DNA of 32,000 nt, taken from Candidatus Omnitrophota bacterium. GTDB taxonomy: Bacteria; Omnitrophota; Gorgyraeia; Zapsychrales; JANLHA01. The position numbers were made by a program, and so were the translations under genes. The notes below the pieces were generated by a model. The model saw only the letters and a program-made list of their open reading frames with translations. It had not been told where the DNA came from and ran no database searches. The stretch is from NCBI GenBank assembly GCA_963662715.1, contig OY759724.1:1950001-1982000 (forward strand), read 5' to 3'. Shown here piece by piece: positions 1 to 8,121 of the stretch (within the stretch, counting starts at the first letter, position 1; every line of letters starts with the position of its first letter).

Positions 1-654
1 GGTCAGGATGAGCAGATTTCTTAGGGAAGGGTGTTTTTTGTTGAGCCGTAATTTAAAGAAAGTTATATTGATAAGGGTCAGGGTCAATATCTGAGAAACG
101 AGGATGCTGGGAATGAGTCCAAGAAACGGGTTTAAAAAGAACGTGAAAATAAGGATGCCCACACAGGCTCCGAAGTAATCACTGGTGAGAACTCCGATAA
201 TGGGTTTCGAGACATGCCATTTTTCTTTCTCAATGAGTTTGGAAAAGAACGGCAGTTCCGCTCCGGAGACCATTCCTATCAGCGTTGTTAAAACAATGCC
301 TAAAGGGAATAATAAAAAGAGCAGGTCTTTTTGCTGCGCCCGGAGCAGATATCTCAGGATCTCGTTCAGGCCCATGATGCCGATAATGCCGGGATTGGCC
401 AGCAGAATTCCTATGAGGCTGTTCAGAATAATCAGGGAAACAAACCGGTCGCTGTCCCCTTTGATTTTTTCAACGAACAACGTCCCGATTCCCATAGACA
501 TTAAGTATAATCCGGTGAAAAAAGAAAACACCAGGATAGAGTTGCTGAAAATGTAGCTCAGGGCTGTCGACAAAGCGATATAGGCCAGTGTGCAGTGACT
601 GGATGTCACGAGGTTGAGGGTGATGAGCCTGAGAAACTGTTTATGGTTCAACAT
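1..654 (-). CDS. Polytopic membrane protein, N-terminal 218 codons only. Paralog of the membrane domain of the adjacent spermidine-synthase-like gene. The gene runs off the window.
   Basis: My own reverse-strand translation starts at ATG 654 (MLNHKQFLRLITLNLVTSSHCTLAYIAL...GVLTSDYFGACVGILIFTFFLNPFLG...) and stays open to position 1. It is absent from the ORF track because no stop lies in the window. Hydrophobic helices run throughout. Its start overlaps the stop of 641..2308 by 14 nt. The + ORF 185..556 is its antisense shadow. Confidence 0.6.
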   Translation of the reverse strand, partial: MLNHKQFLRLITLNLVTSSHCTLAYIALSTALSYIFSNSILVFSFFTGLYLMSMGIGTLFVEKIKGDSDRFVSLIILNSLIGILLANPGIIGIMGLNEILRYLLRAQQKDLLFLLFPLGIVLTTLIGMVSGAELPFFSKLIEKEKWHVSKPIIGVLTSDYFGACVGILIFTFFLNPFLGLIPSILVSQILTLTLINITFFKLRLNKKHPSLRNLLILT

Positions 655-2308
655 GATCTTCGATAATTAATTGTATTTGTTTTTTAAAGGGAAGCCTGGA
701 AATAAGAGGATCATAAAAGCTGAGGTAATGCTCCGCTTCCTCCACCGTGAAATATTGCATCATACCGAAATCTTCCTGCCGTTTTGGCCGGTATTTTAAA
801 TGACGGTGATAATTTAGTTTATAATTGTTCAAGAATTCGTCCCGGCCTTTTTCCGAATTAAAAAGGATGATATGCTCCAGCCGGCTCCAGGTCCCTTCCT
901 TTCCCGGGTAATAGCCGATCAGGGGCGCGAGTTTTGCCATGCGGGCGGTTTTGGCCTGGATAGATAACCTTAACTTGGATGAATGGGTGTTGGAGGTGAC
1001 GACGGCAACCCCGTTGTCAGATAATATTTTCTTGAGATCCCGAAAGAACTGAACGCTTAATGTCCGGATTTTAGCCAGACTGGTTGGTTCGGAAGGGAAG
1101 TTCACAATAATAAGGTCGTAACGGTTGCGATCGCGCAAAACCCATTTAAACGCATCCATATAATGCACTTTGAAGCGGGGGTCATCCCAGACATCTTTGG
1201 TTAAGGCATGAAGAAACGGATTGCTTTTGGCCAGTTCGACCCATTCTTTATCCAGATCCACCATCGTAATTTTTTTAATCGAGGGGTATTTAACGGCCTG
1301 CCGGGCCGGCAGGCCGTCCCCTCCGCCGAGAATGAGAACGTTTTCCACCTTGGGATGGAGCGTGAGATAAGGATCAAATAAAAAGAAATGGTTCGGGTCG
1401 ACTTTAGAGTCAAAAGGCAGGAAGAATTGCAGAGAGCCGTTCAGCAACCCGAAAATGTAATATTTATAGGGTTTGGCCAGGATTTCTTCCTGTGTGTCAA
1501 AGACGGCATGACCGTTTTTTTTTGAAATAAATAACAGCACTTCCTGATACGGGGTGTGTTCTTTGGCAATGAGGGCGGCGGGGCGGATGCCCAGATACAT
1601 TTTCCTTAACATCGCATTCTCTATCTTGTCAATATGAAGACAGAGGGCGAGAAAAATTCCTGTAAAGACAGAGAGCCCCCAGACCCAGTTTTGGTTGAAC
1701 CTTATGTCATTTTTTTGCTGTATGATAAAAATCAGGACGACCAGCATTAAATTGATAAAAGAAATCAGTATCGATGTTTTGAAAAATCCTAAATGGGCAA
1801 AAAAGACCAAAGTACACATCAGGGAAGCGAAAAAGCTCGCCAGGTAGTCAAAGAAAATGATTTTTCGTATGTGTTTTTGCTCCATGTTTAATGAGGAACA
1901 AAAATGGAAGAGCAGCGGAAGTTCCTGTCCGCTTAAGAACCCGATAACCGCTGCGATAACAAGGCCGAAAACAACACCTTCAAGATTAATTATATACAGG
2001 GAATTGAATAACCAGTGATTGATTCCGGAGATGCTGAATATCCCGGCTATCGTCAAACCCAGTTCGATATTTCTGAGTTTCCGCAGCGTCCTTGAGATGT
2101 CGAGCGGTTTCTTCCGGTACCAGCGGGCGCTTCCCAGCCCCATGAAAAGGATAAATATCGCAATAACGGTCGGATAGACAAAAATGCCTTCCCCGAGAAG
2201 CCTAGACAGCCGCGAAGCCACGAGGATTTCGTAACAAATGGAGCAGAAGGCCATAAGAAAGGCGGTGAGGTTGCCGAGAATTTGATTGTGGGATGTGTTT
2301 TGATTCAT
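641..2308 (-). CDS. Spermidine synthase-like polyamine aminopropyltransferase fused to an N-terminal multi-pass membrane domain
   Basis: 555 aa. The first ~220 aa are hydrophobic helices. These are followed by an aminopropyltransferase/SAM-MTase core with VLILGGGDGLPARQAV, ITMVDLD and DLIIVNFPSEP. The start is ATG at 2308. Confidence 0.8.
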   Translation of the reverse strand: MNQNTSHNQILGNLTAFLMAFCSICYEILVASRLSRLLGEGIFVYPTVIAIFILFMGLGSARWYRKKPLDISRTLRKLRNIELGLTIAGIFSISGINHWLFNSLYIINLEGVVFGLVIAAVIGFLSGQELPLLFHFCSSLNMEQKHIRKIIFFDYLASFFASLMCTLVFFAHLGFFKTSILISFINLMLVVLIFIIQQKNDIRFNQNWVWGLSVFTGIFLALCLHIDKIENAMLRKMYLGIRPAALIAKEHTPYQEVLLFISKKNGHAVFDTQEEILAKPYKYYIFGLLNGSLQFFLPFDSKVDPNHFFLFDPYLTLHPKVENVLILGGGDGLPARQAVKYPSIKKITMVDLDKEWVELAKSNPFLHALTKDVWDDPRFKVHYMDAFKWVLRDRNRYDLIIVNFPSEPTSLAKIRTLSVQFFRDLKKILSDNGVAVVTSNTHSSKLRLSIQAKTARMAKLAPLIGYYPGKEGTWSRLEHIILFNSEKGRDEFLNNYKLNYHRHLKYRPKRQEDFGMMQYFTVEEAEHYLSFYDPLISRLPFKKQIQLIIEDHVEP

Positions 2309-2462
2309 TTTTTCCGTTCGTAATGGCAGCAGAACCCTTGTTTAGAACAATCTATCAATTTTATCGTTAAGTTCGGCTTGGTTCAACAATAAATATTAAG
2401 AAAAAACTGAATCTTCAATATTTTTAAAAACACTTCCTGAAATAATAATGCAATAATACCTG

Positions 2463-2490
2463 TTGCACATGCTGAGGATATTGATAAAAT
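2463..2490 (+). promoter_or_regulatory. Candidate sigma-70 promoter with extended -10 for the Na/Pi cotransporter gene
   Basis: TTGCAC (2463-2468), a 16-nt spacer, then TGaTAAAAT (2482-2490). It lies in an AT-rich divergent intergenic region about 110 nt upstream of ATG 2603. Confidence 0.35.
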
Positions 2491-2501
2491 ATAGAAAACT
2501 T

Positions 2502-2518
2502 TTCACGAAGATTTCACA
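2502..2518 (+). promoter_or_regulatory. Direct hexamer repeat TTCACG-N5-TTCACA, a possible response-regulator (Pho-type) site
   Basis: Two near-identical hexamers sit one helical turn (11 bp) apart. They lie 85-100 nt upstream of a phosphate-transporter gene. Confidence 0.3.
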
Positions 2519-2602
2519 TTATTCCTGAAAATTTTGGTCTGATGAAAGGACTGGTTTCAGCATTAAACCCTTAAATTTCTAAAAGAGGAGAAAAGTAAGT
2601 TT

Positions 2603-4258
2603 ATGAAAGACATTGTGTTTGGGCTCATGGGCGGATTGGGGATCTTTATTTTCGGCATGAAATATTTGTCAGATGCCCTGCAAAGGATTGCCGGCACAAA
2701 GCTCAGAAGGACATTAAGATCTTTAACGCAAAACCGGTTGCGCGGTGTTATTCTGGGGACAACCGTAACGTCCCTGATTCAAAGCAGCAGTGTGACAACG
2801 GTCATGCTGGTCGGTCTGGTCAATGCCGGGATCGTGAGTCTTGAACAGGCGGCGACCGTTGTCATCGGCGCGAACATCGGGACGACGATCACGGCCCAAA
2901 TCATTGCTTTCAAAATTTCCAAGTACGGTCTGCCGGCGATAGGGCTCGGGGTGGCGATGATGCTCATAGCTCGTCAGCGCAAGACCCAGTTCTGGGGGCA
3001 GGTTGTTTTATCTTTCGGTATGGTTTTTGTCGGGCTGTCAACGATGTCCGGGGTCATGAAACCTTTAAAGGATATCCCTGAGGTGACGGAATTTTTTGTC
3101 AATTTAAGCGGGACGCCTCTGCTGGCCATTCTTTTGGGGGTTGTTTTCACGATAGCGGTTCAATCGAGCAGTGCTTCCATCGGTATGGTCCTGGCTTTGG
3201 CCAGCAACGGGCTTATTGATTTTCAGACATCACTTTTTCTGGTCCTGGGGGACAATATCGGCACGACGGTAACGGCATGGCTGGCCAGTATCGGCGGAAC
3301 GATTTCCGCCCGGCGCATGGCCTGTTTTCACACGGTCTTTAACATCCTCGGAGTTATCTATTTTTATTTCCTTGTCCAAAGCAGTGTCTTTCCCCGGTTT
3401 GTTGATGCGATCACCCCGGGAGAAATCACCCCGGATACCATTTCCCGGCATATCGCCAACGCCCATTCCTGTTTTAATATCGGGAATGCGATCCTGTTCC
3501 TGTTTGTTCTATCCCCCATGGTTCTGCTGGTGAAAAAAATTATCCCGGGAAAAGACATCTATGTCTCCACGGATTTCAAATTTCTGCAGGACCGGCTGCT
3601 GTCCACCCCGGAGATTGCCATTGAAAGCGCCAAAAAGGAATTAACCGCCATGGCGGAAATGGTTTTGAAAACAATCAAGACAGCCGTCGACGGATTCTTC
3701 GCTCATGATATCAAATCCATCCCTCATGTGCAGACGCAGGAAAGCGCTACGGATCATTTGCAGCACGACATCACTTTTTATCTCGCCAAATTAGCGGCGC
3801 AGGCGTTGACCCCTCAGCTGGCCCGGCAGCTTCCGCCGTTGCTGCATTCCATTAATGACCTTGAACGGATCGCTGATCATGCTGTCAATATCGCGGAATT
3901 GACGGAGAAAGTCCATGTCCAAGGCTTTAATTTTTCCAATAAAGCCCTGGCGGAGATGCGGACGTTGTACGCCAAGATAGACGATATCTTTGAGGAGACG
4001 CTGCGTGCGGTCAGAGATGAGGATCAATTCGCCCCCGACCGCGTTATGCGTTATGAAGGGGAAGTGAATTTATTGCACCGTCAGTATCTGGCGGAACATT
4101 CGGAACGCCTGTGTCAGCAGAAATGTGATCCGATGAACGCTTTGATTTTTGTGGATTTTATTAATAACCTGGAAAAGATTGCCGACCATTTGACCAATAT
4201 TGCCCAGGCCTCAAGGCGGAGTTTTGAATTTACGGACAGCAAAGAAGAAGATAATTAA
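2603..4258 (+). CDS. Na+/phosphate cotransporter family protein with C-terminal PhoU-like domains (YjbB/NptA type)
   Basis: 551 aa. The transporter half is duplicated, with QSSSVTTV and QSSSASIG motifs. The C-terminus has two PhoU-like repeats (DLERIADHAVNIAE, NLEKIADHLTNIAQ). The SD AGAGGAG lies upstream of ATG 2603. Confidence 0.9.
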   Translation: MKDIVFGLMGGLGIFIFGMKYLSDALQRIAGTKLRRTLRSLTQNRLRGVILGTTVTSLIQSSSVTTVMLVGLVNAGIVSLEQAATVVIGANIGTTITAQIIAFKISKYGLPAIGLGVAMMLIARQRKTQFWGQVVLSFGMVFVGLSTMSGVMKPLKDIPEVTEFFVNLSGTPLLAILLGVVFTIAVQSSSASIGMVLALASNGLIDFQTSLFLVLGDNIGTTVTAWLASIGGTISARRMACFHTVFNILGVIYFYFLVQSSVFPRFVDAITPGEITPDTISRHIANAHSCFNIGNAILFLFVLSPMVLLVKKIIPGKDIYVSTDFKFLQDRLLSTPEIAIESAKKELTAMAEMVLKTIKTAVDGFFAHDIKSIPHVQTQESATDHLQHDITFYLAKLAAQALTPQLARQLPPLLHSINDLERIADHAVNIAELTEKVHVQGFNFSNKALAEMRTLYAKIDDIFEETLRAVRDEDQFAPDRVMRYEGEVNLLHRQYLAEHSERLCQQKCDPMNALIFVDFINNLEKIADHLTNIAQASRRSFEFTDSKEEDN

Positions 4259-4287
4259 GACCGTTCTGATTTGAAGTTCTTGATAAT

Positions 4288-4314
4288 AAAAAACGGCCGG
4301 TGAGTTGCGGCCCG
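4288..4314 (-). terminator. Candidate intrinsic terminator for the helicase gene
   Basis: On the - strand a GC-rich hairpin (GGCCG...CGGCC, 5-6 bp) is followed directly by U6 (A-run 4288-4293 on +). It lies about 35 nt after the helicase stop. Confidence 0.4.
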
Positions 4315-4349
4315 GAGCTTGATTCTCCCTGATGTTGAGGGGAAGAATT

Positions 4350-6512
4350 TCAGGGGGTGGAAACCTGCTTGAGGATATCCTGGGCCAGAGAGATGCTGAT
4401 TTTGTCCACTTTGGTTAGCTCCTCTTCGGAAGCGTATTTCAGATCGCTGATATGCTTATATCCTTTGTCGTAAAGATGCCTCGCCCGGATCCGCCCGATC
4501 CCTTTTAACTGCACCAGAGAGATGAGTTCTTCCCTGATCCCGTATTTGACACGGTTTTTTAAATTAGATAAAAGATACGTCAGCTTTTTGTACTTGAAGA
4601 GCTCGGCAAATGTGATGGAGGCGTATAACAGCCATTGAATGGCTTCCGTGTGCCGGTAGATGTCTCCGGGGCCGATGTTGAAGTCATCGCAGATTTTTTC
4701 TTCCGACTCTTCTTCAATCCATTGGGATAACATCATGGTCGTTTTCATGATGGACATATTCAGCCCCATGTCCGTCAGCATGGGAAAATCTTCCTGCTGC
4801 AGAATGATTTCATCCTGACAATTATAGGCAAAAGCATCAATTTCCTCCCATTGGCGTTTCCAGTTCCTTAAGAGGGGGCTGTCCGGACAGCAGCACATCA
4901 AATGCAGAAGTCCTATATAAGAGAAGGATTTCCCTTTGGCCATTTTATGTAGCCCGTCGCGGATAATAATGCTGGAGGCCGGATCAATATAAAGGCGGCT
5001 CGTATACTGCCCGAAAGGGGTTGCCAGAAAACGGAAGCCCCGCTTTTCGATAAAATCCTCCTCCTGGAGGAAATCAAAAATATTCCCGATCAGCTCAATG
5101 AGGTTCAGCGTTTTTTTCTGATAAGCTAAAAAGGTGTGTGAGATGAAATCAAAGGTGTCATTAATGTCGTAGACATATCCACCGGCAATCGAAGCCAGGA
5201 TATGCGTCCGCAGAGCACTGTCCGAGCCGAGATGGGAGGATATGGGTTCCGGGGTGGCATTGATATACCGGTCAAACAAGGTTTTTGTTTCCGCGGCGGT
5301 CTTGGCCAGCAGCACGGCTTCCCCGGAATCGTCATATTGCGGACGTCCGGCCCGGCCGGCGCATTGTTTGTATTCGGAGACGGGGATGTATGCTGAGCCC
5401 AGTCCGTTCTCGAAACGTTTGTAATCTTTAATGATTGTCCTCCGGGCCGGCAGGTTCACCCCGGCGGCCAGTGTGGGCGTGGAACAGATGATTTTAATAA
5501 TGTTTGCTTTGAAATTGTCTTCTATCAATTTCCTCTGTTCGGGTTTCAGTCCGGCATGATGGAAGGCCACGCCTTGCGCGACGACGTCTCCCAGCTTCCG
5601 GCAAATGCGGGTGGCCCGGGTTTCTGATCCGACCAGGGCTTTGGCTACCTGGGTGAGATGCTGCCGTTCATTATCTGTCAAAGAGGGGCCCACGGCTTTA
5701 CAAAGCGCTCGGCTGGTGGCTTCGGAAGACCTCCGGGAGTTCACAAAAATCAGCAGCTGTCCTTTGCCGTCCAGAGTGTCCTTGACCAGTTTGTGGAGAT
5801 CGTCCCCGGGGCCCTCGATGAGCCGGCGGCCTCCCTGGTTGAATTTGATTTCATTGTGGAAATAAATTCCCTCTTTCAGGGGGATCGGCCGCCATTGACT
5901 TTCGACCAGTTCCGCCTTCAGCCAGGCAGCAATGTCTCCGGCATTGCTGACAGTTGCGCTCAGGGCCAGGAACTGCACTTCCGGATTCAATTGCTTGATA
6001 CGGGCGGCAAGTATTTCCAGCGTCGGGCCGCGCTCAGAGTCGTTGAGGAAATGAATCTCGTCAAAGATCACGACATTCAGCCTGTTGACAAGCCATTGCG
6101 TGCGGGCCCGTAATAAAGCGTCAACCTTTTCGGCCGTGGCGATTAAAATATGGTAGCCGTTTAAAACATTATTAGGCGCGTCCGAGTCTCCGGTGGCTAA
6201 GCCGACTTTAATACCCAAGGGGGAATATTTTTTCTTTAAGTCTTCATGTTTTTCGCTGGCCAAAGCTTTGAGGGGGACGATGTAAAGACACCGGCCGTGA
6301 GTCGCCGACAATGAGCGTAACATGCATAATTCGGCGATAAGGGTTTTTCCGGCGGCCGTTGGCACGGATAAAACCAGATTCTTTCCGTCCAGGGCCCCGG
6401 CTTCAATAGCTTTGGCTTGCGGCGGGTAGAAATCCTGGACGCCCGATTGGATAAGAACATCTCTTATTTCTCTCGGGAGATTGTATTTGAAAAAAATAGT
6501 ATCAATATTCAT
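4350..6512 (-). CDS. Hel308/Hjm-type Ski2-like SF2 DNA helicase
   Basis: SF2 motifs appear in order: PTAAGKT, DEIH, SAT, HHAGL, CSTPTLAAGVNLPARR, QCAGRAGRPQYD. The C-terminus has a helix-hairpin-helix (LKGIGRIRARHLYDKGY). Length is ~720 aa. I use ATG 6512 (MNIDTIFFKYNLP...) rather than the TTG at 6533 in the track. Confidence 0.85.
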   Translation of the reverse strand: MNIDTIFFKYNLPREIRDVLIQSGVQDFYPPQAKAIEAGALDGKNLVLSVPTAAGKTLIAELCMLRSLSATHGRCLYIVPLKALASEKHEDLKKKYSPLGIKVGLATGDSDAPNNVLNGYHILIATAEKVDALLRARTQWLVNRLNVVIFDEIHFLNDSERGPTLEILAARIKQLNPEVQFLALSATVSNAGDIAAWLKAELVESQWRPIPLKEGIYFHNEIKFNQGGRRLIEGPGDDLHKLVKDTLDGKGQLLIFVNSRRSSEATSRALCKAVGPSLTDNERQHLTQVAKALVGSETRATRICRKLGDVVAQGVAFHHAGLKPEQRKLIEDNFKANIIKIICSTPTLAAGVNLPARRTIIKDYKRFENGLGSAYIPVSEYKQCAGRAGRPQYDDSGEAVLLAKTAAETKTLFDRYINATPEPISSHLGSDSALRTHILASIAGGYVYDINDTFDFISHTFLAYQKKTLNLIELIGNIFDFLQEEDFIEKRGFRFLATPFGQYTSRLYIDPASSIIIRDGLHKMAKGKSFSYIGLLHLMCCCPDSPLLRNWKRQWEEIDAFAYNCQDEIILQQEDFPMLTDMGLNMSIMKTTMMLSQWIEEESEEKICDDFNIGPGDIYRHTEAIQWLLYASITFAELFKYKKLTYLLSNLKNRVKYGIREELISLVQLKGIGRIRARHLYDKGYKHISDLKYASEEELTKVDKISISLAQDILKQVSTP

Positions 6513-6691
6513 TTCTTGATTTGCTGCCCTCAATGGCCATCGGGGAATTTCAGGCTTATCTATTTTGTCATAAATTTATTTAATAGTAAATAGGTAAGAC
6601 ATTAGATTATGATATTTACCGCTGGTTGTAAACATGATTTTGGGAAAGAATCCCTGTTGAAGAAATTTTTAATTTCTGGGGGATAATTCAG

Positions 6692-6720
6692 TTGACCGGG
6701 CTGATGATTCTCTTTATAAT
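6692..6720 (+). promoter_or_regulatory. Candidate sigma-70 promoter for the dtd-TatD unit
   Basis: TTGACC (6692-6697), a 17-nt spacer, then TATAAT (6715-6720). It ends 52 nt upstream of ATG 6773. Confidence 0.45.
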
Positions 6721-6772
6721 CGTTTCTATTCGGTGAATTTTTTATAAATACCCGTTCGATTCCTGATAAAAC

Positions 6773-7222
6773 ATGCGTGTTGTCGTTCAAAGAGTTAGAG
6801 AAGCCCGGGTCACTGTTGACTCTCAGGTTGTCGGGAGTATTCAACAGGGGGCCTTGGTCTTTTTGGGGGTGGCCAAGGATGACACTGGGCAGGATGTGGA
6901 TTATCTTGTCCGTAAAGTATCACAAATGAGGATGTTTGAAGATGTGAACGGGAAAATGAACCTTTCCGCGGAAGAGGTCGCCGGAGAGTTTTTGGTCGTG
7001 TCCCAGTTTACTCTGCTGGGGGATTGCGCAAAAGGAAGGCGCCCTTCCTTTGATAAGGCGGCGGATTTATCGAAAGGGGAGGAGTATTACAACCTTTTTA
7101 TTCAGCGGCTTCGCGCTCAGGGATTTAAAGTCGAAGGAGGCCGTTTCAGAGCCATGATGGATGTTGCTTTGATCAACGACGGTCCGGTCACATTCATTAT
7201 TGACAGCCCTCAGCAACATTAA
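6773..7222 (+). CDS. dtd: D-aminoacyl-tRNA deacylase
   Basis: 149 aa, starting MRVVVQRV. It has SQFTL, GRRPSF and the C-terminal NDGPVT motif typical of DTD. Confidence 0.92.
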   Translation: MRVVVQRVREARVTVDSQVVGSIQQGALVFLGVAKDDTGQDVDYLVRKVSQMRMFEDVNGKMNLSAEEVAGEFLVVSQFTLLGDCAKGRRPSFDKAADLSKGEEYYNLFIQRLRAQGFKVEGGRFRAMMDVALINDGPVTFIIDSPQQH

Positions 7223-7247
7223 CTCATCTTTCCCCGGAAATCATGTT

Positions 7248-8021
7248 ATGCATATCATTGACACCCACGCCCATTTAGACCATGTCGAGAATCTACCTGA
7301 AGTTTTGGCCGAGGCTTCGCGGGCGGGGATTTCTTCCATTATAACCATGGGGGAAGATCTGGCCTCCAATCAAAAAAATTTTCAGATCAGCCGGGACTTC
7401 TCCGCTCCCAGAATTTATCCGGGGTTCGGAATGCATCCGGGAAGCGTTCATCGCGAAGAATGGAAGCCTTGCCGGGACTTTATTCTGGAACACATCGCAG
7501 ATGCCGTGGCCATTGGAGAAATCGGTTTGGATTTCTGGTATCAATGGGTCAGAAAAGATCCTGTTTTGCAAGAAAAGCAGAAAGATATCTTCCGTTGTCA
7601 GTTGCAGATAGCGCAAGAACACCATTTGCCGGCCGTTATTCATTCCAGGGGAGCTTGGAAAGAAAGCCTTGAGATCACGCAAGATGTCGGTCATGCAAAG
7701 GCGCTTTTTCACTGGTATAGCGGACCGCTGGATGTACTAAGCGGGATCATCGAAAGCGGCTATTATATATCCTGCTCTCCAAGTTTGAGTTACAGTAAAC
7801 CCTCGCAAGAGGCCGCCTGCCAGGCGCCTTTAGAGCGGATTTTGATAGAAACGGATACCCCGGTTTATTACCGTACGGATGGCCGCAAGAGCGGTTTTAC
7901 GGCAACTCCGAAAGATGTCATCAGGACATTGGAGGCCTTGAGTCATTTGAGGCAGGTCCCTGTTGAAGAAGCGGCGGAAATCCTCAATGCCAATGCCTGC
8001 CGGTTTTTTGAGCTAAAATAA
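7248..8021 (+). CDS. TatD-family metal-dependent hydrolase/DNase
   Basis: IDTHAHLD, GEIGLDF, IHSR, HWYSG and ETDTP motifs. I use ATG 7248 (MHIIDTHAHL) rather than the TTG at 7200, which would overlap dtd. Confidence 0.88.
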   Translation: MHIIDTHAHLDHVENLPEVLAEASRAGISSIITMGEDLASNQKNFQISRDFSAPRIYPGFGMHPGSVHREEWKPCRDFILEHIADAVAIGEIGLDFWYQWVRKDPVLQEKQKDIFRCQLQIAQEHHLPAVIHSRGAWKESLEITQDVGHAKALFHWYSGPLDVLSGIIESGYYISCSPSLSYSKPSQEAACQAPLERILIETDTPVYYRTDGRKSGFTATPKDVIRTLEALSHLRQVPVEEAAEILNANACRFFELK

Positions 8022-8048
8022 ACATACCTTTTAATTATATTTTTTTTA

Positions 8049-8056
8049 TGTATAAT
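8049..8056 (+). promoter_or_regulatory. Possible -10 element (TGTATAAT) for the 8122 gene
   Basis: A perfect TATAAT preceded by TG, in a very AT-rich 100-nt gap. There is no good -35. Confidence 0.3.
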
Positions 8057-8121
8057 TAAGAGTGCTATTAAATCTATAAATAAAAGATGAAACGAAATTT
8101 AAAATTGAGGAAAGGATTATT

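Noticed and set aside
185-556. 123-aa + strand ORF at the window start
   Set aside because: It lies entirely antisense to a longer, hydrophobic-helix-rich reverse-strand ORF (1..654) that is coupled to the upstream gene. Its own composition (Arg/Ser/Pro/Met-rich) looks non-coding.
6602-6844. 80-aa - strand ORF spanning the helicase/dtd divergent promoter region and the dtd start
   Set aside because: It overlaps the well-supported dtd start and the TTGACC-17-TATAAT promoter. Its product is Asn/Pro-rich and low-complexity, with no SD.
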